64,000 bases of DNA from a virus (Duplodnaviria; Caudoviricetes). Below the pieces are notes generated by a model, which saw only the letters and a list, made by a program, of their open reading frames with translations, had not been told where the DNA came from and did not search any database. The stretch lies in the IMG/VR virus record IMGVR_UViG_2915177872_000003, positions 4,584-68,583 of that record; one strand, given 5' to 3'. Positions 10,216 through 19,219 of this stretch are shown here, in pieces (the first letter of the stretch is position 1; every line of letters begins with the position of its first letter). The position numbers and the translations under genes were made by a program.

Positions 10216-10563
10216 CTATTGATTGCTTAAAAATATTTCATCGAGCGCGTCGATGCACTCGCCTTCAAACGGCGTGAGGCGGAAACCTTGGCGCCGCTCC
10301 CACGCCATGATCTGCTCGTCGGAGATGGGGTTGGCCGCCAGGCCGCCGTTGGTTCGCTTGCGGCTGAGCTGACAGAAGTACTCCCACACGTGCATCAGCT
10401 CGTGCGGGATCGGCGGCACGTCGAGCTGCGGCGGCGCCACGCCGGTCTGCGCCATCACCGTTTCGAGGTGCCAGCGCAACGTTCTGCCGTCCTTCTGCTT
10501 GACGCTCAGCTTGAGCGACGCCTCAGCGTGCTCAAGCAGTTGGCGCTTTAGATCGTCAAAAAA
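10216..10563 (-). CDS. Tail assembly chaperone GT-like extension, reached by -1 frameshift
   Basis: The -1 frame is open from the slippery T TTT TTG (10557..10563) through FFDDLKRQLLEHAE...RWHLETVMAQ to the stop at 10216. Confidence 0.85.
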   Translation of the reverse strand, partial: FFDDLKRQLLEHAEASLKLSVKQKDGRTLRWHLETVMAQTGVAPPQLDVPPIPHELMHVWEYFCQLSRKRTNGGLAANPISDEQIMAWERRQGFRLTPFEGECIDALDEIFLSNQ

Positions 10564-11018
10564 TTGGCGTCAACTTCCAGCGCGGCGATGATCTTGTCCA
10601 CCCAGGCCGGGAACTTGGTCAGCAGCGCGCGGACGTTCGCCTCGGTAACCGGCAGCGGCTGGCCGCCCGAGGTGAAGCCAGGCAGGCCAACGGTCACAGC
10701 GATGGCGATCTTCAGGTTGCGGTCCTCGCCCAGGTCGAACAGCTGGCCAGCACCGGCATCGGTCTTGCCGTCGATCTGTTGCTTTTTGGTCTGGCTGCGC
10801 TTGATCGCAGTCACGGAGGTGGCGCGGATAACGTCGCGGTACTGGGTGCTGTTCTTGCCGACGGTCTCGAAGCCGGCCAGGTGGTCGCCGTCGTCGTTGA
10901 ACAGCACGCTGACGGTGAAAGTCTTTTCGACAGGCTTGGAGTCGGCCGCCAGCAGCAGAGCGATATCGACGCCAGCGGTAGCTGCGGCGGTGGTTTGGGT
11001 GATGTTGTTCAGTTCCAT
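10548..11018 (-). CDS. Tail assembly chaperone (G-like)
   Basis: Start MELNNITQ with AAAGG RBS; lies between the tail tube and tape measure genes. Confidence 0.85.
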   Translation of the reverse strand: MELNNITQTTAAATAGVDIALLLAADSKPVEKTFTVSVLFNDDGDHLAGFETVGKNSTQYRDVIRATSVTAIKRSQTKKQQIDGKTDAGAGQLFDLGEDRNLKIAIAVTVGLPGFTSGGQPLPVTEANVRALLTKFPAWVDKIIAALEVDANFLTI

Positions 11019-11147
11019 GGTGTTACCTTTCGCGTGGTAGAAAAATGCCCGCGCTCGCCCGCCGCTCCACGCGAATGGAGACAGCGGACGGGCCGGTGCT
11101 GGGGTGGCTTTCGCCAAAAAGAAACCCGGCGCGCGGCCGGAGATGAA

Positions 11148-12326
11148 TTAGCTCAGGGTGGTGTCCTGGAGCAGGATGGTCGACTTGCCGGCGCCGGTGC
11201 CAGCAGCGTTCGGCCCGGCCGTGAAGTCGTACTGGCGGATGATTTCCTTGTCGCCCGACTCGGTACCGCCGAAGACCTTCACGGCCGGCATGGCCATGAC
11301 GAAGGCGCCGCCGATGCCGTCATCCAGGCGGCTGATCAGCGAAATCTGCTGCTCCTGGTCGAAGTAGTCGTCCATGGTACCGTTCTCGTAGTACACGCTG
11401 ATCTGGCCGCTGGTGTCGATCATGTCCATGAACACGTCAGGCGTCACATTGGCGCCGACCACCTTCCCCACCGAGGCGTTGCCGTTGATGTCCAGGCTGA
11501 AGTTCGTGCAGACTTTGCTGGCAACGCCGTTGATCACGGCCAGGCCCGAGGGCGTCACCAGCATGTCGCCACCACCCGGCGCAGCGGGATTCGTATAGTA
11601 GGCAGTGACATCCTTCTTACGGTCCTGCCCCATGAATGCCACCTCGGCGGTCACCTTGTCATCGGCGTTCAGGCCGAATTTCACCGACGCAATGCGCTGA
11701 CCGGTAAAGCGAAGCGATTCCGACACGGCGCTGTACCATTTCTCGATCATGTAGCTGTCGTTGGTGTGGCCGGTCTCCGGGATGTAGGTGATCTTGCCCG
11801 GCACGGTCAGGCCGATGGCGGCGGCACTGGCGGCCGGCGCAACCACTTCCGCGACATTCAGGTCAGTGGCGGTTAGGCCGATGACCGTGTACAGCTTGCC
11901 ATTGTTCGCGGCGGCGCCGGAGGTGAAGCCCGAAAACTTCACCAGCATGCCCACGGCCAGGCCGTCGGTCAGCCACGAGCCGGCGGAGCGCACGAAGTTC
12001 GGCGTCGATGCTGATGCAGTAACGGTCAAGCCACTCAGCGGCGCTACGGCGGTCCAGTCGCGGCGCACGATCGATGCCAGCAGATCCTCGATCGAGCCCA
12101 GCGCGAACTCGAAATTGACCGAGCCGTCGACGGTACGGCCGCCGTGGCGCGCCATCGGGCGCTGGGCATTCGACTGGATGGCATTGGACTGGATTTTGTT
12201 CTTCTTCAGCGCGATGCCGTCGCTGATTCGGCGGAACTCACGCGCACCGGTGGCGCCCGGAAGCGTGCCGAAGGTGGCCTCTTTTTTACGCGCGACCCGC
12301 GTCAAAACGTTGGTTTGAATGGTCAT
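11148..12326 (-). CDS. Major tail (tube) protein
   Basis: 392 aa, in the canonical position; RHG..TVDGSVNFE and YFDQ motifs of siphovirus tube proteins. Confidence 0.85.
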   Translation of the reverse strand: MTIQTNVLTRVARKKEATFGTLPGATGAREFRRISDGIALKKNKIQSNAIQSNAQRPMARHGGRTVDGSVNFEFALGSIEDLLASIVRRDWTAVAPLSGLTVTASASTPNFVRSAGSWLTDGLAVGMLVKFSGFTSGAAANNGKLYTVIGLTATDLNVAEVVAPAASAAAIGLTVPGKITYIPETGHTNDSYMIEKWYSAVSESLRFTGQRIASVKFGLNADDKVTAEVAFMGQDRKKDVTAYYTNPAAPGGGDMLVTPSGLAVINGVASKVCTNFSLDINGNASVGKVVGANVTPDVFMDMIDTSGQISVYYENGTMDDYFDQEQQISLISRLDDGIGGAFVMAMPAVKVFGGTESGDKEIIRQYDFTAGPNAAGTGAGKSTILLQDTTLS

Positions 12327-12345
12327 GTTGCAGCCTTTCGGACGA

Positions 12346-12368
12346 AAAAAAAGCGCCCGAAGGCGCTT
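12346..12368 (-). terminator. Rho-independent terminator
   Basis: Minus strand AAGCGCC-TTCG-GGCGCTT followed by a T run. Confidence 0.7.
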
Positions 12369-12392
12369 GGTTGGAAGTGGTGGTAGACGGCC

Positions 12393-12815
12393 TTAGTCAA
12401 ATGCTTCGACGCGGTACTCGATGGTGATGGGAACCATCCAGAAGCTGGTACCGTCATTTCGGCCGGCGGCGGCGGACGGCGTGCTGTCGATGCGTACATT
12501 CAGCCCTCCCTGCTGCAACGTAGTCGGGCATGGGAATAGCGCCTCAATTTCCTTGGTGATCGCAGCCGACTCGGTGACGCCCTTCCCTGCCGGCGTCCGG
12601 ATGCTCACCTGGTACAGCCCGATGTAGCGCTTGTGCTTGCCGCCTTGGCTTGGGTTCAGCGTGCTGGCGGGCAGAAGGTCGCCCTGTAGGTAGCTCAGGC
12701 CAGTCGTCGGCGTGTAGGTCAAATTCCCGAACGCGCACGGCAGCGCCGGCGTACGAGCCTTGGCCCACGACAGCAGCCGCGTCTCGATTGCCGCGCGGGC
12801 GATGTCATGGCTCAT
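12393..12815 (-). CDS. Tail terminator-like protein
   Basis: 140 aa; synteny and the GLYQVSIRTPAGKG motif. Confidence 0.75.
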   Translation of the reverse strand: MSHDIARAAIETRLLSWAKARTPALPCAFGNLTYTPTTGLSYLQGDLLPASTLNPSQGGKHKRYIGLYQVSIRTPAGKGVTESAAITKEIEALFPCPTTLQQGGLNVRIDSTPSAAAGRNDGTSFWMVPITIEYRVEAFD

Positions 12816-13216
12816 TGCAGTCCTCGCACATACTGTTCGATTGCCGCTGGCAGCCCGGCCAGCGTCACGCGGACCATGCCGGCCGGCGCTTTCACGCTGC
12901 TGTGGCCGTACTCAATCTCGCCGGCATACGGCAGGTTGTTGACGATCCAGCATTCGCCGCCGGCCTTCAGGCTGGTGACTTGGCCGGCCATCTTGGCGAT
13001 AGTGGCGGCGCCGGCCACGTCGACGCTGTCGAGCACGCCGGCTGGCATGTTCACACCGAACTGCCAGTTGGCGCGCAGGCGCCCGGTCAGCACCGGCGTG
13101 GTCATCACAACGCCCTGGCCCGCCAGCACCACTGTCTGGCGAACCGCCTTGTCGACGTTGCTGCCGGCCTTGGTGATGAACTTCGATATATCGGCCGAGA
13201 ACGATCCGGCCATCAC
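12812..13216 (-). CDS. HK97 gp10-like tail completion protein
   Basis: TPVLTGRLRANW and NNLPYAGEIEYGHS...APAGMVR motifs. Confidence 0.85.
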   Translation of the reverse strand: MMAGSFSADISKFITKAGSNVDKAVRQTVVLAGQGVVMTTPVLTGRLRANWQFGVNMPAGVLDSVDVAGAATIAKMAGQVTSLKAGGECWIVNNLPYAGEIEYGHSSVKAPAGMVRVTLAGLPAAIEQYVRGLQ

Positions 13217-13590
13217 ACGCCTCGGAGTTGGAGGGTGTACAGCACACTGGTATCGGTCGGCTGCAAGTCGATCACGTTGGCGATGGCATAGGCCTTGGCG
13301 CCGACCAGCAGCGTATCGGAAGTGGTTGGCGTGGGCATCGACGCCCCGTCACGCTGTAGCGGCGATAGCAGCAGCTGCTGGTCGCCCTGCTTGATCAGCG
13401 TGCCGTCGACGTCGTCCTGGTTGTAATTCAGCTTGACGCCGGTACCGGCGTATTCGGTGACGGTGCCGGCGCCCGGGCCGCCGATTTCGGGATCGTATTC
13501 CCCCGGCACCTCGCGCCGCAGCGTGACCACCCCGCCCTTGCGGCGCAGCGATGCATCGGCGCGGGCGGCAGCTTTGGCGTAATCGGTCAT
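13213..13590 (-). CDS. Head-closure / head-tail adaptor
   Basis: 125 aa; DGTLIKQGDQQLLL motif and synteny. Confidence 0.75.
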   Translation of the reverse strand: MTDYAKAAARADASLRRKGGVVTLRREVPGEYDPEIGGPGAGTVTEYAGTGVKLNYNQDDVDGTLIKQGDQQLLLSPLQRDGASMPTPTTSDTLLVGAKAYAIANVIDLQPTDTSVLYTLQLRGV

Positions 13591-14024
13591 GCCAACTCCA
13601 GCGTATCAATGCCCTTGCCGCAGGTGATGTCCAGCGCACAGGCTACCTCGACTGCTTCCTTGGCGGATTTTCCCAGGAACATGGCGGCCAGAGCGTAATC
13701 ACGGCCACCGCCCATTGCGCAGAAGTTGTCTTCCACCAGCTCGTAGTGCCCTCCTCCGTTGCCGACATATTCGCGCACCTCGCCATTCGGGCAAATTACG
13801 ATCGCATCCGCCCAGTTGTCACGATCAGGGCTCACTGGCCAGCGCTCCAAGATCGCGCCGCTATTAAACCAGACGAGTAGCGCGCGAGCATGTGAGGCTT
13901 TGCCAGCGAAACCAACGAGGCCAAAAGTCGTGCGGAAGATTTTGGTAACCGTCGAACCATGGCCGGCGCATGTGCTCTGCTTGTCGGCGGCCAGCGTCTT
14001 GCCGTCCCATGCAATGATCGTCAT
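13587..14024 (-). CDS. HslV/proteasome-beta-like Ntn hydrolase
   Basis: (M)TIIAWDGKTLAADKQ, TKIFR, GFAG and AMGGGRDYALAA align with HslV TTIV..AGDGQ, KKVRR, GFAG and AIGSGGPYAQAA. Coupled by ATGA overlaps on both sides. Confidence 0.8.
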   Translation of the reverse strand: MTIIAWDGKTLAADKQSTCAGHGSTVTKIFRTTFGLVGFAGKASHARALLVWFNSGAILERWPVSPDRDNWADAIVICPNGEVREYVGNGGGHYELVEDNFCAMGGGRDYALAAMFLGKSAKEAVEVACALDITCGKGIDTLELA

Positions 14025-14536
14025 CCCCGCACCACCTTCATCATGCCCGCGCCGCCGGCCGCGCCAAAGAACGGCGCCAGCGCCGCTTCGATGGCGACGA
14101 AGCGCGAGGCGGCGTCGGTATTGTTCTCGAAGTATTCCGTTTCCAGCGGACCGGTCTTGTCGCGCTTGATCTGGTTGTTGCCCACGTCCAGATCGGGCAT
14201 CAGGTCGACGCCAGCGGCGGCACGCGCGGCCAGGTCGATGCAGGCGTTCACCACCTCGGCCGGCACGACGGTGCTCAGTACTGGGAAGCGGTCGACGATC
14301 ACATTCCAGCGCGGCCAGTCCAGCGCCTGCGCCTGGTAGACGCGGCGGCCGGCCCAGCGGGTGCGGTAGGTCGCCAGCATGAACCGGGTGGCGTTGCGCA
14401 GTGCGACCTCCTTGTCGGCTTCTGCGCGAGGCGCCCAGTCGGCTACGCCCAAAGCGGCGCAGCGTGCATCTGCGGCGGCCACGCTGGCGTAGCTCTCGGC
14501 ATTTGGCAGGCCGACGCCGGTTTCGGTGGTTAGCAT
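14021..14536 (-). CDS. Head-tail connector (DnaT-like ssDNA-binding family)
   Basis: NAESYASVAAADA, QALDWPR and GPLETEY motifs. Confidence 0.8.
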   Translation of the reverse strand: MLTTETGVGLPNAESYASVAAADARCAALGVADWAPRAEADKEVALRNATRFMLATYRTRWAGRRVYQAQALDWPRWNVIVDRFPVLSTVVPAEVVNACIDLAARAAAGVDLMPDLDVGNNQIKRDKTGPLETEYFENNTDAASRFVAIEAALAPFFGAAGGAGMMKVVRG

Positions 14537-14610
14537 AGATTGGTCTTGCCCGAGAGCATTCATGTAGGGTAATGTGTGATAGCAATACAATAATTAAATC
14601 GGAGAATTTG

Positions 14611-15735
14611 ATGCTTCCTCCCGCGCCACGCCTGTCCAGCGAGCAAGAGCAAATTGTGGAAAACTTCATCAACTTGTCGTTCGGTACTGCACGGCTGTAT
14701 AGATCAGAGAGGTACAGCTACGTCGAGAACGGCAAGAAATTAATTGACGAGCCTTGTGATCTATTTTGGTATGGCGACGGCGTCGTCGTATTGTTCAATT
14801 TAACCAAGAGCCGACTATCAGCAGGGAAACAGACTAAACACAATGTAGACCAGCTGAGAAAGTACATTCAAAGATGGAAAACTCACGATGAATGCTTCAC
14901 GCTGGTGGGTGAAAATAGATTTGGGACACGCTGCAGCGTACCTTTTGCAGATGTTGAGCGAATTGTCGCAATTTCACTAATTGGAAGGAAATGCGGGATT
15001 ACAGCGTTGCCCTGCGACCCCTATAGTGAAGAAATATGGATAAATGCTCCGGATGTTCTGCTTGAACAATTGGCAGAATTCAGCGGATCCTTAGTAGATT
15101 TACTACTTATCGCATTTCATTGTATAAATAGCCCCGACAAGTCTTATACAAGCCTAACGTCATATATCAAAGAATACGTAAATAGTGCGCTTGAAAATTC
15201 GGACATTCGAGAGGTGAGCGTTGCGGAAGGTTTTACCAAAGATGTGGCGGCGATCCAGAGGTACTTAGAGTTTCCAAAATATGTAAATGAAGCTGCCAGA
15301 CTGCAATATGTTTTTGACCTATCGCTTGTCGAGCGGTCAGTACTGGTTCATGCTGCATTACAACTACTGCATAAATCGGAGCCACCAAATTTTAAATATT
15401 CCTACATCCTAGTTATTAATGGAACTTACTATCATTTCGTTTTAGCGACCGTGCACATGAACTCGTCCAACTTCCAGAAAGTTGTTCAGGACGGGCTAAA
15501 TTTGATGGAAAAGAATAATAATGGAGAGCTGGAATCGATATTTTTCGGGTACGCGTGTTATGGATTCGGCGAGGACTACCGTTCCCCTTCCTTCATAGCT
15601 GTTGGCCCTGGTAAGCGCCGTTCCCAAGCAAAGCATTTCATTGACATTCATCTTTCCAGGCGACGTAGGATCAACACTCTATTTAATTATCCGTCGGGTA
15701 TCTACTCTTTTCAGCACCAATATGTCTTTCATTGA
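14611..15735 (+). CDS. Counter-oriented AT-rich moron with a NERD/PD-(D/E)xK-like N-terminus
   Basis: GGAG RBS then ATG at 14611; codon usage unlike its neighbours; EPCDLFWYGDGVVVLFNLTK...QLRKY resembles NERD-like nucleases. Confidence 0.6.
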   Translation: MLPPAPRLSSEQEQIVENFINLSFGTARLYRSERYSYVENGKKLIDEPCDLFWYGDGVVVLFNLTKSRLSAGKQTKHNVDQLRKYIQRWKTHDECFTLVGENRFGTRCSVPFADVERIVAISLIGRKCGITALPCDPYSEEIWINAPDVLLEQLAEFSGSLVDLLLIAFHCINSPDKSYTSLTSYIKEYVNSALENSDIREVSVAEGFTKDVAAIQRYLEFPKYVNEAARLQYVFDLSLVERSVLVHAALQLLHKSEPPNFKYSYILVINGTYYHFVLATVHMNSSNFQKVVQDGLNLMEKNNNGELESIFFGYACYGFGEDYRSPSFIAVGPGKRRSQAKHFIDIHLSRRRRINTLFNYPSGIYSFQHQYVFH

Positions 15736-15787
15736 AGCCAGACGAACCAGTTGACAATTTGCAAACCGTTCGACTTCAGGAAATTAA

Positions 15788-17314
15788 TTAAATTTTATTA
15801 CTAATCAAAGGGCGCCCGGCTGACAGCTTGATCGTACCGTTTGCCTCCGAGAAGTAGACGTTTGCCGTCATGGTGAGCGACGAAATTACGCCGGATGTTG
15901 GAAGCTGAAAAGGCGTTGTTGTGAACGGCATAGTCGCAAACGCAGTTTGGTCGACCTGCGATGAGCCCAGCGACTGGTCGCCGGAACTGGAGCAGTCAAT
16001 CGAGTTGTACAGCACACCATCGATCCGGCACGTCAGCGACAACTGAATGCGGTAGACATTCAGCATATTCTCGGCAGAGAGCCACATCTGTCCCCATAGC
16101 CAATCGCCAGCATTGGCGCGGGTGTATGCCGTATCGTTGTTGCGAATCAAGGCGTCACTACCTACGATGACACCGCCAGTTACCTCCATTACCTGATCGA
16201 ACCCGTAACCGTCCGCGCGAGCTACGCGGCTTGGGACAATCGTCGGCCCAGCTGCGCTGGTGCCCACCTGCATTCCCGCAGCCACCGAGTTGGCAGGTAT
16301 CGTTCCGATGTTCAAGCCGGTGCCGGTTGTGCCCATCATCAGCGCGTTGCTCAACAGGTTACGGCCATCTGGATTGAGCGTCTTCAGGTCGAGCGCTGAG
16401 ACTGCGTGAACAGATCGATCTTGAAACAGATCGGCGACCGTCGACCAGGCCATGCGGCCGCATGCGCGTGCTGTACGCTGGACCAGATGGGTATTGTCCG
16501 GGAGCAGCGCACCTGGCTTAGCCCAGCCAGTAGCTGATACTGGATCGGCAACGATACTGAAGATATCAACGAGCCTGCAGCCAAATACACGCGCCTGTTC
16601 GCGCACCCAGTCGTTCAGCGCGACAAACTTTGCGCCCTCGACGGCCGTCAGCTTGTACAACGGCGGCGCGGTCACCATCACCACACGGCGGCCTGCGTCG
16701 CGCAGCGCCTTGTAAATCGCCGACAGCGCAGCCTTCGAACGGGAGATCGGCCAGCCGTTCACGATGTCATTGGTCATACCATTAACAAATACCGTCTCCG
16801 CTCCCGATGCAAGCACAGCCGGGATGGTGTCCAGGATCTGCTCGGTTGTATAACCAATCACCGCAAAATTGCCGACAAGGTTGATCGCGCCGTTGGAAAA
16901 GCGAATCATCCATCCGCCCCAGCCGATATCGGGGTTGGTAATTGTCACAGAGGCTGCCGGGACGATCGAGGTAATCGGTCCTGATTGCGCTTGTAGTGAG
17001 TCACCAGCGAACGCAACGGAGTTTGCTGGCAACGAGCGTGGGACCGCGACTATAGCATCCTGCACCACCGCATCGATGCTACCAGCCGAGCAGCTGATCA
17101 GCACCTTCTGCGAGCCGACGAATGGGCCGATCTGCGGCAGCGGACCAGCGCCGATGGCCCACGACTTCACCGAGTTTGTGCCGCCCAGCACCAGGTCCAA
17201 CTGGTAGGCGACGCCGGTCGATGCCGCCGCGCCGTTCAGCAGCAGCACCTTGCCCTCGTTCAGGGTGATGGTCTTGGCGGACTCGCCTACTTTGATGGTG
17301 GTGGTCTGGGACAT
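15788..17314 (-). CDS. SGNH/GDSL hydrolase (virion-associated esterase candidate)
   Basis: Block I FAGDSL, block III GMTND, block V DNTH; N-terminal beta domain. Confidence 0.8.
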   Translation of the reverse strand: MSQTTTIKVGESAKTITLNEGKVLLLNGAAASTGVAYQLDLVLGGTNSVKSWAIGAGPLPQIGPFVGSQKVLISCSAGSIDAVVQDAIVAVPRSLPANSVAFAGDSLQAQSGPITSIVPAASVTITNPDIGWGGWMIRFSNGAINLVGNFAVIGYTTEQILDTIPAVLASGAETVFVNGMTNDIVNGWPISRSKAALSAIYKALRDAGRRVVMVTAPPLYKLTAVEGAKFVALNDWVREQARVFGCRLVDIFSIVADPVSATGWAKPGALLPDNTHLVQRTARACGRMAWSTVADLFQDRSVHAVSALDLKTLNPDGRNLLSNALMMGTTGTGLNIGTIPANSVAAGMQVGTSAAGPTIVPSRVARADGYGFDQVMEVTGGVIVGSDALIRNNDTAYTRANAGDWLWGQMWLSAENMLNVYRIQLSLTCRIDGVLYNSIDCSSSGDQSLGSSQVDQTAFATMPFTTTPFQLPTSGVISSLTMTANVYFSEANGTIKLSAGRPLISNKI

Positions 17315-17336
17315 TGGCTATCTCGGCGATGGAATG

Positions 17337-17360
17337 GAAAAAGCCCGCGCGCGGCGGGCT
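17337..17360 (-). terminator. Rho-independent terminator
   Basis: Minus strand AGCCCGC-loop-GCGGGCT followed by a T run. Confidence 0.65.
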
Positions 17361-17380
17361 GGCGATGAAGCGAGGCGGGA

Positions 17381-17809
17381 TTACGCGGCGGTCAGCAGCG
17401 CGATCAGGTCAGCCTTGTTGGCTGCGGCCGGGAACTGGATGCTCTTGGCGGTCAGCGCGGCGTGCAGTTCGTCCTTGGACATGGTGCTGTAGTCCGGTGG
17501 CACGGCGCCGGCGGCTGGAGCTGTCAGCGCCGCGCGCTCACTGGCCAGGCGCTGAGCCTCGGCTTCGTTGGCGGCGGCCTGGCCGGCCAGGCGGTCGCGC
17601 TCGGCGTCCAGTTCGCGCTCTTTCTCCAGCAGCTGTTCGCGGGCGGCCAACAGTTCGGCCATGGTGGGCAAGCGCGCCGGCGCAGCGTCGTCGTCGGTGC
17701 CGTCGTCGTACTTCTCGTGCACTTCCGGGTTGAAGTCGGCGCGCTCGATGATGACGTACGGGCCTTGGCTGGTCGGGTGGGTCGATTTGACTTTGATGGT
17801 GGTGTTCAT
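17381..17809 (-). CDS. HeH/LEM-domain head-associated protein
   Basis: C-terminal YSTMSKDELHAALTAKSIQFPAAANKADLIALL; directly follows the capsid gene. Confidence 0.75.
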   Translation of the reverse strand: MNTTIKVKSTHPTSQGPYVIIERADFNPEVHEKYDDGTDDDAAPARLPTMAELLAAREQLLEKERELDAERDRLAGQAAANEAEAQRLASERAALTAPAAGAVPPDYSTMSKDELHAALTAKSIQFPAAANKADLIALLTAA

Positions 17810-17863
17810 GATGTACTCGCGGTTGGCCCGGCGCCTCGCTGGCCGCCGGGCACGGTTGATGGA

Positions 17864-19219
17864 TTAGGCGCCGATCAGCAGGCCGATGTGACGTGGCGCG
17901 ACAGCTTTCACACCCCACGCCAGGTTGACCTCCCAACGGACCGAGCGCTTGCCGCGGTACAGGCAGAACTCATAGGTCAGACCCGAGTACGGATCCGTGA
18001 TCAGCACCACGTCGTCGGCCGAGTCGCCGCCTTCCGGCATTGCCGGCGCGCGCGTCGCCAGCTGAATCGCCGAGCGGTGGAAGAACATGTTGCGGGTGGT
18101 GGCCGCGACCAGGGTCAGCGCGGTCGCAGCGGCTGGGATGGCCTTCTGCAGGCCAGGCTCGGCGATAGTGAGGACACCACCGTTGGAGACATCGGTGTCA
18201 CCGCTGACGATCACGTATTTCTCGGTGTCGCCGGCGACGGTCAGGATGTCGCCAGCGATCACTGCGCCAGTGCCCGCCGAGGCGATGGTGATCACCGTGG
18301 CGCCTACGGAGTAGCCGGTCGCGTTGGTGGTCGCGCCGGCGGCCGTGCCGGCAGTCACCGTTTTCTTCACCTGGGCGGAGTTGTGCAGGTCGAAGCCTTC
18401 CACCTCGCCCAGCGCGCCACGGCGCAGCAGATCATCGGTACCCGCTTCGTTCACACGGAACAGGCCGGTCTGCTTGCCGCGGATGTTCGCCACGGCGGAC
18501 GAACCCAGCACCATGTGCAGATCCGACTGCGGTACGCCGTTGTCGTCCAGGATCTTGCGGGACTGGGCGAAGTCGCTGAGATCCGACGCGATGCCGAACG
18601 GGGTCGTGGCAGCGGTGCCGTAGGCGCGGGATGCATAGATATGCAGCGCGGCCAGATCGGTCTCGACCTCGTTCGTCAGCGTGCGGAACGCTTGTACGAT
18701 ACTGTCGCGGTTGATGGTGCCCAGCGTACCGGCGTTTTGCAGGCCCTTCGTTTCTTCGCCCGTGATGCCGAACGGAACGGAACGCGCCTTCGCGATGGTC
18801 ATCTGCACATTGCCGATAGGACGGTCCGGTGCCATAGGCGCGAACGCAGCCGCCACCAGGTCTTCAGCAGGAAGCGCGCCAACAACTGGCGACATGACGA
18901 CCTGGCCAACCGCTGCGCGTTCAGCGCTCGAATCGCGGGACACGGCTGGGATAAAGCCAACCAGCTCGCGCGACACGACGTCCATCGCCTCGTAGATGGT
19001 CGGGATCAGGCCGTTCAGGGTCAGGATGCCTAGCTGCATGCCGCTTGCGGCCATGTGGTTTTGCATGTGCGCACGCGCGATCTCCGCGAACGCCTTGCCG
19101 TAGAGCTCAACTTTGCGGGCGGCGGGCTTGCCGATGCCAGTCGCATCAGCGAACAGGTCGACCACGGCGGCCAGGGCCAGCGCCAGGATAGCGGCGATGG
19201 CAAAAATAATCATCTTCAT
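17864..19219 (-). CDS. Major capsid protein (P22 coat-like family) with N-terminal leader
   Basis: LNGLIPTIYEAMDVVSRELVGFIPAV and C-terminal LAWGVKAV..HIGLLIG; AAAGG RBS before MKMIIF. Confidence 0.9.
   Translation of the reverse strand: MKMIIFAIAAILALALAAVVDLFADATGIGKPAARKVELYGKAFAEIARAHMQNHMAASGMQLGILTLNGLIPTIYEAMDVVSRELVGFIPAVSRDSSAERAAVGQVVMSPVVGALPAEDLVAAAFAPMAPDRPIGNVQMTIAKARSVPFGITGEETKGLQNAGTLGTINRDSIVQAFRTLTNEVETDLAALHIYASRAYGTAATTPFGIASDLSDFAQSRKILDDNGVPQSDLHMVLGSSAVANIRGKQTGLFRVNEAGTDDLLRRGALGEVEGFDLHNSAQVKKTVTAGTAAGATTNATGYSVGATVITIASAGTGAVIAGDILTVAGDTEKYVIVSGDTDVSNGGVLTIAEPGLQKAIPAAATALTLVAATTRNMFFHRSAIQLATRAPAMPEGGDSADDVVLITDPYSGLTYEFCLYRGKRSVRWEVNLAWGVKAVAPRHIGLLIGA

Noticed and set aside
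2157-10222. Long + strand ORFs (e.g. 2157..3758, 7963..9174, 8837..10222) opposite the tail genes
   Set aside because: Antisense shadows of GC-rich - strand genes, with no RBS, motifs or plausible composition.
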